NCBI GenBank assembly: GCA_965637545.1
Contig: OZ281500.1
Span: 7,998,001 to 8,062,000 of the forward strand
DNA from: Phallusia mammillata
Lineage: Eukaryota
Reading direction: 5' to 3'
Length of the DNA: 64,000 nt
The notes under the pieces are model-generated. The model ran no database searches. It saw nothing but the letters and a program-made list of their open reading frames with translations, and was not told the origin of the DNA. A program made the position numbers and the translations under genes. Positions 1 to 14,300 of the stretch are shown here, piece after piece (within the stretch, counting starts at the first letter, position 1; every line of letters starts with the position of its first letter).

Positions 1-548
1 CCAAAAAAACAATTCCATTTACAGCAGGAAAGTAATCTTTCCATACTTTTCGTGCTGAAAAAACAAATAAAGGATAAATGAGTCTGAACGTATATGAAAC
101 ATCTTCAAACAGATGCACTTTGTACACTTACAGAAATAAAAAAATCATATGCATATCAATTTTGTGTTTCTTGACATTGCAGATATTTTGGAAAATTTTT
201 CAAATAGACATCAAATTTTTAGTCTTTAAACTAAGTTTGTACAATGCTATTTGTGTTTGTGTTTTGAACATACATGTTACTTGTCTCAACTTTCTGAATC
301 ATTATTTATTAATATGTCCACATAAAAACAAACAAAATGTGTTTGAATAGAAATCATAACTGTTACACAGAGAAATGAAAAGTTTGTATCACAGCACTCT
401 TTGGGCACAAGGTTCAAAATTCATTTATTTCATATGTTGGACTTTAGGACAAAGTTCATGTTATGAGTGTCTGTGTGTTGTAGTCAGCACTGGCACTGAC
501 AAAGTAAATTTCAAAAAAAATATTTGTTTATTTTATTAGGACATTTAC

Positions 549-2474
549 CTTGTTCGTGTCCGCCAAGGTCATACGTTGTAAATGATATAGATCCCATGGT
601 CAGATTTTCTGAGGCTAAAATAAAAGAAAGCCATTGGTCATAATTGCAACACGTTTTGTTTATCATCAACATTTTTTAACACGAAAAACTATGATAAATA
701 TCGAAACAAACTCTATTGAAAATGCCTTTCCTACAAGATTTTGCTTGTTTGAATTTGTAACACATACCTTCATACATTGGTGATTAGAAAAGTATATATT
801 TTATGCATTAATTGGGTTTCTTTTCTATGGGGAAAAACAGGGGGATTCTCACACAAGCATAGGCGTAGAGTTTTAAAAAATACCGGGGGTGCGCCGTTTG
901 ATCTTCCAAAAACGATGCCTATACCACGTACAGTATCTGTACCCGTATAAGACCGAGTAACGGTCCACCTTTTACGTGCTTTAGCATGTAGTTTCTATCA
1001 CATTAATTTGCAAATAGTCACCATTTCTGTGGGTTCGATTGGAACGTTTGCTGTACATCAGATAACGTCTGATGTAACAAAAGGACGATTTGCCGAATCA
1101 GCAATTTTAACAACGATTAAGTTTAAAGTAACGTGTTACGGCGGGAAATAAAAGTAAAGCAATTCACGTTTTAAATATAGCCGACTATGTATTGTTAACG
1201 CCTAAACTTAGGTCACCTTGGAACAAGTTTAGGCCGTTGCAGAGCTTTGCAAACGGACATTAAACTCGGCTTAGGAAACAATATATTAACTATTTTTATA
1301 TTTATTTTTTATTGCAGAGAGTTATTGCGACAAATAATACTGAAACGTTAGTCTGTAAGTCATGTTTATGTTGCATTAAAAAGCTCATTTATTGCGAAAC
1401 AATTACAATTGTTACGTTTCAACCGACGTCTGTTCGATCAATGGCGTGAATGCAAGCGCATTTGTTTAGCTGGAAACACGTTTTAATTAACCGACGTAAC
1501 TTGAACAAAAATGCGATTTTGACGTTATACAAAGGTTAAGGCCGGGGGTGCCGCGCACCCCCGCACTCTACCCCAGTGCACACAAGCATTTGTCAGTTTG
1601 AAGTAGTAATTGCCATTTTCAGATCTTTAAAAGTAAATATGTCACAAAAAAAGAAATAAAAGGGCAGATTTGCCTAATTTGTTACAATGACAAAATTGCT
1701 TTTTTTGCTACTTATGTCATTGGCATGCTTATGACAAAAGAACTTCTGCACTTCCCTGATTAAGTTACTGTTACAAAACCAATAATTCGCACTCTTTCGG
1801 TCAGAATTCACTCATGCCAATTGAGAAAAAACTCAACCCTTGGTCGAATATTTGAACTTTGATTATTTAACAACTTTCCTTGACCACAAGGGAAAAGCAA
1901 ACCAGTGTTGGACAAAAACAGAAAACCCATAATATGCAGAAATAGTTTGGCTGTGATAGTAAAACAATATTGAATGTACAATTTTGCTTCAGGGGTCATA
2001 TCCTGCGAAACTTGTACCACACCCAATAAACTACCTGTTTTGTTACGCATGTAAAGAGGATGGTAATCGTATTTGTTTTTTTCGCATTAAAAGGTAAAAT
2101 ACATTCATGAAATGGATGCTATGTGTGCTTTCTCAGGAGATATCCATGTAGAATAAGTTTAATCATTTAGTTAAATTTCATGAAGGTGGTCATACACTAT
2201 TTTATGTTGACAGTAAATGAGTAGGTTGGTACTCTTTTCTCCATACAACATATCAAATGACAGTAGTGGTTTGATTTATTCAAAAATGTATGTATTTCCA
2301 CAAAGCCTTACTTGGATGCATGGTAGGTTCATGTACACTCATTTTGTCATCTTTAAGCATGTGAAGAAGTGTAGTTTTCCCTGCATTGTCTAAACCCAAG
2401 AACATGAGCTTGCCGGATTTTTTATACAAACCCAGAGTTTGTAAGGCAACCTTAAACCAGTCCCATATAAACAT
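549..2474 (-). CDS. SAR1: Sar1 small GTPase (COPII), partial; 3' exons lie beyond the left edge
   Basis: Exon 2474-2312 encodes [54 protein letters not shown] ([10 protein letters not shown]-loop). Exon 614-549 encodes (T)[21 protein letters not shown]. Both have GT-AG boundaries in phase 1. Confidence 0.96.
858..1578. mobile_element. Non-autonomous hAT-type element in the Sar1 intron
   Basis: The 8-bp direct repeat CACACAAG flanks both ends (850-857, 1579-1586). Imperfect TIRs CATAGGCGTAGAGT / ACTCTACCCCAGTG (11/14). No transposase ORF. Confidence 0.75.
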
Positions 2475-2737
2475 TGTTCTAAAGGTTTATAATCTGTAGT
2501 AATAAAGTGTGTCAGGTTAACAATAGTGAATGCATACCAACTGTAATAAAACATAACACAAAAAGTCTAGATTAGAAGTAAGACAAATCATTTGACCTCA
2601 AAACACCTTATTCTTGGACTTGGCTTCTGTATTTAATGACAAAGTCCAAGATTTGAAAATATGATTTTAGACATCTGAACAAGAAAATGTTTTAGCTGCC
2701 CAAATTCTCTTGGTATCTTCTATGAGTTGCATATTGG

Positions 2738-3106
2738 CAGGGTTGCCATACCGTCCTTATTTCTAAGATTTGTCCTTATTTTGAAGGGCTATGTCTTAGA
2801 AAAGTTCATTGTCCTTATTTCTAAGAAATGTCCTTATTTTGTCTTATTTTCAACAATTACTATAGTCAAGTCCCTGCTACAAGTATATATAGAAGTGAAC
2901 CTAGACCCAGACTGTTGTGGGATGCACGAAGTATTTTCTACCAACAACGAGTTGCTGGAACAGATTGTTTCTGGCCAAAATATTGCAAATATTATGTCAT
3001 GGCTCGTATAAATGCAAAAATTTGTTCAAAAACGTTTATTAGTTTCGCATGGAAAATTAATTTTTCGGTTGTCCTTATTTTTAGTTTCAAGTCGATGGCA
3101 ACCCTG
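2738..3106. mobile_element. hAT-type MITE (CAGGGTTGCCA termini)
   Basis: Perfect 11-bp TIR CAGGGTTGCCA / TGGCAACCCTG. Perfect 8-bp TSD CATATTGG (2730-2737, 3107-3114). Repeated subterminal GTCCTTATTT motifs. Confidence 0.9.
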
Positions 3107-3211
3107 CATATTGGTCAAGCAAATCAAAATTGTCACGATTTAAATAACATTTCCCAATCAGCAATCCAGAACTGAATGATACTTCATTAATTGGGTTTTG
3201 ATATTACACAT

Positions 3212-3604
3212 TAGTGATGGGACGATACCAGGTTTTAAAGCGAGTACCGATACCGAGTACCACATGTATATACCTTCGATACCGAATACGATTACCGAGT
3301 ACCTAAGTGTAGTGTTGTACTTAGTTGTATATCATTGGTTAATTGATCTGCCATGGTCGGGTGCACACATACACGCCGAAAAATGTAATCTCAATGTGAT
3401 AATGAAAACGACATACGTAAACTGGCGGAATTTATTTCGAATTTTGTGCTGTCCGAAGCAAATATTGGCATAAAGTTGCCCATATTCTTATGGTGTATAC
3501 CGGCCTTCGGTACTCGCACTTTGGTATCGAAAACTGAGATGAAATATACAGATACCACTGAAATCGTTCGATACCATCGATACCGAGTACCGGTCCCATC
3601 AGTA
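3212..3604. mobile_element. hAT-type MITE (TAGTGATGGGAC termini)
   Basis: TIR TAGTGATGGGAC / GTCCCATCAGTA (1 mismatch). Perfect 8-bp TSD TTACACAT (3204-3211, 3605-3612). Multiple internal GATACC / GATACCGAGTACC repeats. Confidence 0.88.
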
Positions 3605-4500
3605 TTACACATAAAAGAACTATTAAACTGCATTTCAACATGAAATGAACATACCAACACAAATTTTTAAGCTCTGCCAAACCATAAAGTTTATGTATTT
3701 TCTAAAATAATACATACTTTATGTTTTAGCAGAGCAGTTGTGTAAGATGGAGTTTAAAATTGAAAAAGATGTGTCTGCTATAATTTTACAGGAGTTACTC
3801 AGTAAGCAGTAAATATAATGCATTAATTGTTAAATCCAATTGTAAACTAAGAGACAATCAAACTAAAAATCTAAGTGAAAAGCTTGTTATTCCTGGGCAC
3901 AAATCTCTCAATCTGGCACAAAGTAAGTGAGTTTTTTCTTGTCCACATGTTTATCAAGGTAATATATAAACTCTAGTCCAAACTAAGATTAACATCACAT
4001 GCTCAGAAAATATTTTAATTCAGCATGATCACCACTAAATTTGTCGCTGTATTTTTTTGTTTTACGAAAACAAATGCATTTCGCTTGATCTGATTTTAAT
4101 AACCCTGAATCGTCGCAGTTGCATTTGATAAAAAAACGTCGCAGATTTCATTGATAAAAAAGATTTACTACAAAACCATCAAAACATACTTAACCAAAAG
4201 GATTTGCCTTAACAAGAGTGAACTTTTGTCAACACATTTCTTTTATGTTTAATCGGTCACAAGAAGTGAAAACAAACACAAATGTGCCTGACACCTTTGA
4301 TGAAACACAATACAAAACGTAATAATCTTCAAACATAGACTACAACACATTAAACAACAAAGTCAACAGCACGAACAAAGACAAGGCTTGACAACAAAGA
4401 ATTAGAACTCAGTGTAACTGGGCGAAAAACAAGATAGACCAAACTTGTGGCATTTTAGTTCTGAATCAGCTTGACACGCACCAGTAGTTTGTGTCGTTGG

Positions 4501-4512
4501 AATGACGTCATT
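4501..4512. promoter_or_regulatory. Palindromic CRE/bZIP site in the putative Sar1-Sec24 bidirectional promoter
   Basis: AATGACGTCATT, a 12-bp palindrome containing TGACGTCA. It lies between a candidate minus-strand 5'UTR donor (~4189) and a candidate plus-strand donor GTGAGT (~4745). Confidence 0.5.
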
Positions 4513-5342
4513 TTCCTTTCTCACAAAAGGTCTTTTCATGTAAATAATATTTTAATTTTAGACAAGCGTTATGTAAATCAAGAACTGAACTTGGTACTAT
4601 TTTTTTGAGCATTTATAATAAAAGTTTGCAATTTATCAACTATTTACCATTTTGCCACGTTTGTCCGCATAATTTTTGTGACCTTTGAACCCGAGTATTG
4701 CGTCACAATAAATTGTTGCTTTTAGTTGGTTGTGCTGCCCTCCAGTGAGTCTAATCGTGTACTTTGAGAAGCTTGAACCTTGAGTGTTAGCTTTTTAGAA
4801 AATAAGTTTGTTATTTGTTTACTACATGCCATTTTTGTTCAAGGTGTATGTTTTGCTGTTGTATATCTGTGGCATAAAAGGTGTTTAATCTTTGGGTATT
4901 ACTAGTCAAGAACTTCAGATTTTGTACCAGTTGTTGAAGTTTATAAAATCCCTCCTTCTATTTTTGTTTTATTAGTTAAGAGTCTTTCTATTTATGGAAA
5001 TCAGTGCAGCATATAACTTTGTAAAACAAATTGCTGTTTTACAAAGATAGTAAAATATTTGTTTGTTATGGAGTTATTTTTAGCAAAAACTATTTCTGTG
5101 AGATGGCAGACATATATTTAACATTTACACTACATTCATGTCTGAGTTTTCAAAATTGTACAACAACATTAGATGAACTTATTATTACTATGGAGAAATA
5201 CAATGTCTTATAGCAATGTTGTTAATACATTTATAAACGTGTATACATTCAAAAACATACACTATATATTGTTTTTTTTTAACTATTTGTGTTGATGTGT
5301 TTTAAATTTCAGGTTACAAAAAATAGATTGAATAGTTTAAAA

Positions 5343-8300
5343 ATGGCTTACAATCAACAGTATGCCAGACCGCCACAATCTTATGCGCCACCACCAAATC
5401 AAGCTTTTTCCAATGGTATACATTGATTTATCAGTTGTATTTATGATGTTGAAGACTTGAAGTGTAATTACTATGCCTCACACTCTTTGACACTATTACA
5501 TCTGTAATATTTAAACACAATGTTAATGACTTCCTTTGTTAAATCTATCCTGCATCTTCCCTTTACAACATTTTTTGCAATACAGGTCCTCCTCCAATGC
5601 CTGGATACAACCAGCAAGCTGGACCACCGAAACCAGGGTACAGCACCAACCAATCAAATCTGAATGCTGGCCAAGCCACTCTGCCTAACCCAAGCTACAA
5701 TGGCACTTTGCCAGCAGGTCCAAATATGCCCCCTACAAACTCAATGACAAGGCAACCTGGCGCACCATTTAATGGACCTTCCATGCCAATGAATCATATT
5801 GGGGCCCCACCTACAAACCCAAACATGCAACCCTACAATGCTGTTTCAGTCCCACACTCTGCATCACCATCAAAGTATCAGGGACCACAGAGCAATATGC
5901 AACCATTGGCTGGCCCTCCTTTGCCAAATCAACAAGGGCAAAATGCCATGCCACATAATGGTTCTCCTGGATTACATGGAAGTCATACTGGAGTTACCCC
6001 TCCAGCATCTCAACATGGTGGCATTGGTGACATTCGGTATGCACCTCCACTTCCTGGTCAACAATTCAAGTCTTTTACACCACCACCAGGGCATCCGCCA
6101 AACAGTCATTCCCCTGGGTTACAAGGTGAGTAAAAATATAATTATATGTGGACCAGCTTCCTCTTTGTTTTAGTTGCTTCAAACCTGTAGTGAAACAAGC
6201 TCGCTCCCAAATCTGATTATTAGAATCTCTGTATTTATCACAGAAATTTACATGGGATGTTTATTACATACTTTTAGGGAAGTCAACTAAAAAAATTTAA
6301 GATTCTGGAAAAATCCAAAACATTAAATTTTAAGTTTGATCAAAACATACTGAAACATCAGTTTTTGTGTGTGAAGAAATCCCAAAATGTTTTGTTAATC
6401 TGCAGTGACAAATGTAACATTTATACATATTCATAAATACCATTGGTACATTTTAAACTTGGAAGTTGTAAGCAAATGTTTATGACTGAAGGCGTAAGCT
6501 AGCAAGTCATAAACCCATTGGTACCGTGTTGCAAAGACGAATACACTAAAATAACTTGTTAGATGATTGATTTATCTAATAGTGTTTTGTCTAACTAAGT
6601 ATCATTTGCAAACAATTTCAAAAATGCTTGCTTGTGTTGTACAATGATTAGTTGGGTTTAATGTATTATTATAAATCCACATAAATACTTAAAGAGGTTG
6701 CATATTGTTTTTGTCTATGATTTTTATTTTATTATTTTTTGGTTTGTTCCACTTGTTTGCACAAGTCCACTTTTTGCACAAGAGTGCTTAAAACTTTAAA
6801 ATCTGCTCATAACAAGTTAGTTATCCAAATATGATCTTCCCAAAGTTTGACTCAGAATGACTCAGCGGTTCATCAACAGGCCCTCAAGTTGTAATATTTT
6901 TCAAAAAAGATACCCTTATAAAATTGCATAACCCAGGGGTTTCATGCTTTGTTGATTGGTGCATTGCAAATTGTTTTAGTCAATATGTCTTTCACACTTA
7001 TTTCTACTGTTTTGTAGCAATGAATCAGCACAGTTCCAATTCCACACCCACTCACCCGGGTGTACTTCACCCAGCCAGTCAAGGCACCCCAACTCACTCC
7101 ATATATGCTCCCACATCAACAGGGGCTCCACCTTTAATGCAACCACCATTACCAGGACAACAGGTCAGTTTCAATTAAAGTTAATATTTTAATTAAACCA
7201 CTCAGGTAACAAAAAAGCAACTAAATGTACTTTTACATTTGAAACATAAATATCACAGTTCAGTAACATAACTTTTATCATTTGTTCCTAAAAATGATGA
7301 ATTAAAAACTCATTTTACAGACTTCCAATTATTCGGCGATGTCACAGCCATCATCGATGCAGACAGGACAAAAAGGGGGCATCATTGCACCCCCACCACT
7401 TTCTGGGCAGCAATATGTCCCACCCCAGAACATTCACCCCCCTCCTCCAATGTCAGGCCCACCCACGTCAGGCCCACAAATGTCAGGTCCACCAATGTCA
7501 GGCCCACCAATGTCAGGCCCACCAATGTCAGGCCCACCAACGTCAGGCCCACCAACGTCAGGCCCACCAACGTCAGGCCCACCAATGTCAGGCCCACCAA
7601 TGTCAGGTCCACCAATGCCAGGGCAACCAAGCAACCAAACTATGGCACAAGGTATTTAAAACTTTTTTCCAGTAGGTGTGCTAACCCAAAACTTGGGTCA
7701 TATAGTGAAAGTCATGTGAAAAAATCCAACATAACAAATTTAAGAATATCTGTGTCATTTAAAATTGCACTCAACAGATTTACAGATCTGAGATATTGTA
7801 GTGTATTGCTTCAAATTGTGCACAAAAAATGAGTTTTCTTGTGTTGAGCTAACACAAACAAAAGGCTTCCTGTCAAGGTTTATTTTCTTCTGTTCATTAG
7901 GTCGAGGTACTATGCCGCCACCTGGTGGTGAGCAGAAGATGCATCAACAGCCAGGACAACCCCAACAACCACATCAGCCACAAGTTTCACAACCATCTGC
8001 ATTTGGAGCTTACCCACCTCAAATGCAAAACCTCACCAACTCAATGGGAAACATGGGAATGGGAGATGCAAACCGACCAGTTAACCTTATGCAGGTAATC
8101 AGAACATTTGGGACAGGTTTGCAATGAAAAATAGTAAACAGCTATTTCCAATACTGTATACTTTAAACTAGAATCTTCCAGCTCGTTGCTTAGTGGATGA
8201 AGACTATAATAAACCTTATTTATATACTTATTGATATAAATTTATGAACACATTTAGTCATTCATCTTTATGAAATGTATAATGTTAAATTATAAACCTT

Positions 8301-11300
8301 GCGATGTATGTTGTGGAATAAAGGCAAACCAGCACTTTCTTGTTTATTTTGCATGTTTGTGGCATAAAAATTTGAAAACTGGCTATTTTCTAATAACAGG
8401 AAACAAGAATACTGCCTCCACAGAAAACAGTTGAATTGCCCTTACGATTTGAAACAAATGCTGAGGGAATGTTAATACCACCCAATAGAAAAAATTGCAA
8501 CCCTGAGTAAGTAACTTATGCAGATCTTGCTGTTTTAGTTGCTGTTTAATCTCTATTCAGCAGTATTACCCTAACATTAACAAATGTGTCTGGTTTGTTA
8601 AAAGCATTAATGCAATATTGCACTGTTGAATGTGCAGAGTTTTGAGATGTACATTGAAGAGAATTCCAGACACAAAAGATCTTTTGGGCAAAGTAAAGCT
8701 GCCATTTGGATTGGTAGTTCATCCTTTTCGTGACCTCACTTCCCTACCTGTCATATCAGCTGGTAAGAGCATTAAGTTGCCCTAATTAACAACCTTATTT
8801 AATAGTGTCTAACATTTATTTCTGTTTTTGTGTCACAATCACCTTGTTTACCTAAACTTGAAATACACTCATCTTACTTTTTTGATGCAATGTTCAGAAT
8901 GAGCCATTTTAAATCATCTTATAATTGGATAAATAGCAACTTATTTCTTAGCTTGTGCAAGTACTCCACTATGAAACAAAACTGGATAAAACTTGGATCA
9001 AACTGGATAAAACCAGCATGTTATTTAGTGACACTGAAATTTCATGCACTCCAATACTCAAAACTGATCAAATAGATTCTATGGAGTGGTTACATTATCT
9101 GCAAGTTGCAACTTGCTAAGCAAAACAACTAATCAATAACTATGTCTATGACACATGATAGCATAATGTAGTTTTATTAAGCTTTAAAATGAATTCTTGC
9201 AAGCTGCAAGCCTAATATTTAGTTTGGTGCTGTATTGTATAGTGTTTAGGTTATCTGAAAATTGGCTTTATCCTATGCATGTTTACTCCATAAAAGCTAA
9301 GTTATAAAATAAGTTCTAGTTGAAGTTTAGTATTATACAAGCAAATCATAGTATGTTCAAAGGGTTAAGAAAAATATCTTTAAGTCCATAAAAAGTCAAT
9401 ACTAGACATACTTTTAATACTAGTCCTTTGTTTACTTCTGCTGTTTTTGTTTGTAAATGTGCAAAGCGTCATTGTGTAACTTGTATCCTGTTTTGCATAG
9501 GATAAGGTAAAATGTAATACCAGCATTATATCATGACTTGACTTTTCATGGGATGGGATCAGCTGTATTGCACAAGTGTGTCATACTGACAAAACGAACT
9601 GTGGCAAAACGCAGTATCCCCTTAACATCAACTGTGTAATGCACCTGTTATTTTGTCAAACACTGTATATATTTTTTAATTGTAAAAAAATATATTTTTG
9701 TGTCACGATTATGTAAAAAGTTCTGAGAGTATAAAAAAGGAATTATTACTAGATCATTCTTTGGAAAGCTATTTGTTTTAAAAACATGTTTTATTCTGAT
9801 GTGTAAATCATATGTATATATTATAATTTAGGTTGTCTCTTTCATGTAGTAATTTTTAGGTCAAATGTTGACTTTATTGTTTTTCAGGAACTATTGTGAG
9901 ATGCAAGCGATGTCGAACTTACATCAATCCCTTTGTAAGCTTCTTGGATGAACGCAGATGGAGATGTAACATGTGCTTTGGAGTAAACGAAACTCCTGAG
10001 GAATTTTTACACCATCCAGTAACAAAAACATATGGACAACCACACACACGACCGGAGTGCACCAATGCAACAATAGAATTTATTGGTAAGCAAACCATTT
10101 TAAGCCATAATACAGTGATTCCTGAACTTTTTTCGACAAATTCCTCTCTTAACGACTTAAAACATTTCCATTCGCTCCCAATATACTACATAGTACGTGC
10201 TAATCCATACAAAGATTATTGTACAAGCATCTTTTAAATGTTCAAACTACATGTAAAAATTAAAGTAAATTCCTCCCCATAAGTTTTAAAGTTTCCTTCC
10301 AGTATTTCGAAGATGTTGTGTGGCTATCTAAATAAATAGATTAATTCTTATTTTCTGTAAAATGTCTACTATTTAAAGTTTGACTTATTTGTTACAGCTC
10401 CTCAAGAGTACATGCTGCGACCGCCACAACCTGCTGTTTATCTTTTCCTGATGGATGTTTCCCATTCTGCTGTGGAATCAGGATACTTGCAAATAGTTTG
10501 TGATGTAAGTATGTTATGCTTTGCGTTTTCATCTTTTTTGTGTAACATAACACAACCGTAAATCGAAACCAAAAAATTAATGCACAATATGGTGAAAAAA
10601 AATGATATTTTTGTGTTTTGAGAACTGGCTAAATTGTTTTTCAGGCTCTTCTGGACAATTTAGAACGTCTTCCTGGTGACAAACGAACAAGAATTGGTTT
10701 CTTGACTTACAATGGTACAGTGCACTTTTATCGACTCAGCGAGGGATTGGCCCAACCCCAAATGATCGTCGTGTCAGATATTGATGGTAAGTGTCAAAAA
10801 GGTTGACCTGTATCATTTGTTATGTTGCATGTGCTAAAACTCGAAAGATATTGATAAAAGAATAATGATTACTAAATACAAGCCCAGTTCTATTTTGCAG
10901 TATCTAATATAGGTTAAATATAATTTTCTGTAAACTTATGTCAGCTTTCCTGATTTTTTTTGCCGTTCATCGTCTTTGTGTCATATATAAACCTTTATAA
11001 GATGCTGTAAATTGCACTTTTGGGTTTGGAGTCTGAAAAATCTACACCAATACCCACTTTGCCCAAAAATGCCCTAAACATTTACTGCTACAACCTTCCG
11101 GGTTAGATATCACTGTCCTTGACCAATTTTCATTTTCTAGATGTGTTTTTGCCCACACCGGAAAACTTATTGGTGAACCTGCATGAGAGCAAGGACCTTG
11201 TACAGGATCTTCTCCATCAACTTCCAACCATCCACAATGTTGATGCTGAGGGAGAAATAGATACTTACTCTGCCCTTGGTGCAGCTCTGGAAGTGGCAAA

Positions 11301-14300
11301 GAAGCTCATGGTGGGTGGTTACTAATTTTCCAGCAAACTAAACTTAACCAACATTAAAACTGCATATGTTGTAAATGTGTATTTATTTATGGCACCTTAT
11401 GTATTGGTTCATTTGTTGATCTCCTATGCATAGAAGTTCAGACTCCCAGTATATTTTGTTAAAAATGAGCATAAACCTACAAATTCTCAACATAGTCTCT
11501 GTGAAATTCTATGATACTTTGCAGAGTCCATTTGGTGGACGTGTAACAGTTTTCCAACAAGCAATCCCATCGATTGGGCCTGGTACACTCAAGTCAAGAG
11601 AAGATCCGAACTCACGAGCTGGACAAATTCCTACTGCTAATCTTAACCCTGCCACAGATTTTTACAAGAAAATGGCCCTTGACTGCTCTGCCCACCAAGT
11701 AAGTTGTTTCCTTGCAGCCACAAACATACAAAGTATAGATTGTCAATGGGTTTTTCCCAAGTGGAAACAAGTGTACCTGATCTAAACAGCAAATTACCTT
11801 ACACAATTAGGATGTAGGCAACTAACTCCACTGACATATATTTCAGGTTGCAATTGACATGTTTTTCTTCAACTCCCAATACATTGACATTGCTACCTTA
11901 TGTAAGTATAAAATCATTTGCCTGCAATTTACAACAATGCAATAACAGTATTGATTAAAAATATCAAAACTGAACAACTTAATGGCATGTATCTTTCACA
12001 TCACGCAGCTTGTTCGTCGCGTTTTTCGGCCGGTGACCTCCACTATTATCCGTCACTGCATGTACAACACAATCCCATGGAGGTGGAAAGACTGAAGAAT
12101 GATCTGGAACGTTACTTGACCCGAAAAATTGGTTTCGAAGCTGTGATGAGGATCAGATGCACAAAAGGTCATTTACCTGTCAATCTACCAAGTTAATTAC
12201 TTGTAATGCTGGGTGATCTTTTGGTGACAAAAATCCGGCATATTCAATAAATATCAAAATGAATAAGTTAGGGTTAAAGCTTAAATACTTTAAAAATCAC
12301 GTGTTTAGCATTCCTCTGTTGAAAACCGTCGCCAGGGGTCGCTAGTTCGCCATTTTCCAACCACAAGGCAAGATAAAAACTTTAAATATGATATTGTAAT
12401 TTTCCGCAGGTTTGAGCATCCATACATTCCACGGCAATTTCTTTGTGCGATCGACCGACCTTTTGTCACTAGCCAATGTCAGCCCAGACTCTGGTTATGC
12501 TGTGAATCTTACCTTAGATGAACCGCTCACTGATCAATCAGCCGCTTGTGTTCAAGCCGCTCTGCTATACACCACCAGTAAAGTAAGTATAACTAGCAAA
12601 AGGGAAGATTGTATTCCTTTTGCATCTGGACTTTTGCAATTGGTCTGTAAAATTTTTATTAGGTTTTGTGTATGTGCCCATTCCTTCAGTTTTATTACAC
12701 GAAACGTCTTAAGCTCAAGGTTTTATTACACGAATCGCCTTTTGTTCCAAGTTGTTCTTGCTTTTTATGACATGATGCTTTGAAACCTCTTCTATCTCAG
12801 CAAAATAGCCATTTAATATTCACATAAATAACAGTTACAAAGCTTGGACATCTAATATTGAGTTTTGTTCTTTGTGTCACCTATACCTTTAAAACCTATA
12901 TTAATACAGGGCGAACGTCGCATACGCGTGCACACGATGTGCATCCCAATCGTGAAAACAACTGCTGAAATCCACAACAATGTGGACTGCGAGGCTGTTG
13001 TTGCGCTTCTCGCCAAAATGGGTAAGTCACGCGTTTCTTACTGCGCTCCAGTGGTCGCATTTTGCTTCGTGATGTGTTGAATTTTGCTCGGTCGGTGATG
13101 TAACACTTAATTTCCGTTGCTTGCTTGTAAAGAAAGCCGACAATACTTCATTGATTTTTTAATTGACCCAGATAAGTGACTGTTTCTTTTTGTTTAGCAA
13201 ATGATTCGGGCGTAATCATGCGGCGAAGAAATGAAGCAGTTGTTCATGACCGCCATAAATTAACTTACTTAAAAGTATACTGTATTTTTTGTATGGTTGA
13301 GTATAAAGTACAATTAGCATGGCGTTATTACCCGGTAAAAATTTTGATTTTTAGAGTATAGAATTTGTCAAGACGTTGCATTGCAATTCTAACCAGTGCT
13401 TTTTCAGTGTTGAACTTAATACTACAAACCTTTACCACATTAGCAAACCACCAAATTCTCGTAGGTGTTGATCGTTCGGTGACTGCAAGTTTACAAGACG
13501 CACGAGACGCATTGCTCAACGCCGTTATCGACCCCTTGAAAGCGTACAAGGCAGGTCTGCCACAGAGCATGACGGTTGGAGGATTGTACGTACCCAAGTG
13601 TCTGCGTCTGTTTCCTCTCTATATTCAATCTCTGCTCAAGCACGTAAGTGACGTGGCACTTTATGCGTACTTCCCGCGTGGTGTGCGCTAAAGTGGATCT
13701 CTGTAATGTTTGTTTACGGTTTTGATGCTTTTTGCTGGTCGAATTTTGGTTCAACTACCGCTACTGGTAGCAACAGTGACAAACATCTTTGTTTCCTCTC
13801 TAACGCGCCACAATGCTACCACTAAAGGCATGGGTCATATATGGGACAGTGTACAATACGACCAATATTACGTGAATATTTTTACGATTTTATAGTTTTC
13901 TCTCTCAGATAAACAGACCGCAAAACATATGCAGACGTTTGTCACAAAAATGTACATACACTTCTTCCCACACAACAGTCTTACACGGTTGTGTTGGCAT
14001 AATATATACTAAGGGTTGCCATCGACACGTACCAAAAATAAAAGACAACCACAAATAGATTTTTGTACGCAACGAAACAAACGTTTTCAAACAAATCTTT
14101 GGATTTGTACGAGTGATGACATATCATACGTGATATGTTTTGCCAGAAACAATCTGTTCCAACAACTCCTAGTTAGTACAAAATACTTCGTGCATCTTAT
14201 TACACCTCAGGTCATATGGTTACTTTTACCTGCAGAAGATATTTGTCGTTTAACTACCCTTGTTTCTTGTAATTGTTGAAAATAAGGACTCAGGTCAAAA

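Noticed and set aside
1808-2050. 80-aa minus-strand ORF in the Sar1 intron
   Set aside because: No Sar1 similarity. The flanking exons already join in frame.
3212-3604. Short GATACCGAGTACC repeats as a CRISPR-like array
   Set aside because: Eukaryotic context, irregular spacing, and enclosed by TIRs and an 8-bp TSD, so these are MITE subterminal repeats.
7382-7675. Repetitive ORFs in other frames (GGPDI/V, VGLTL, QAHQC/R repeats)
   Set aside because: Shadow translations of the 15-bp SGPPM repeat in the Sec24 exon.
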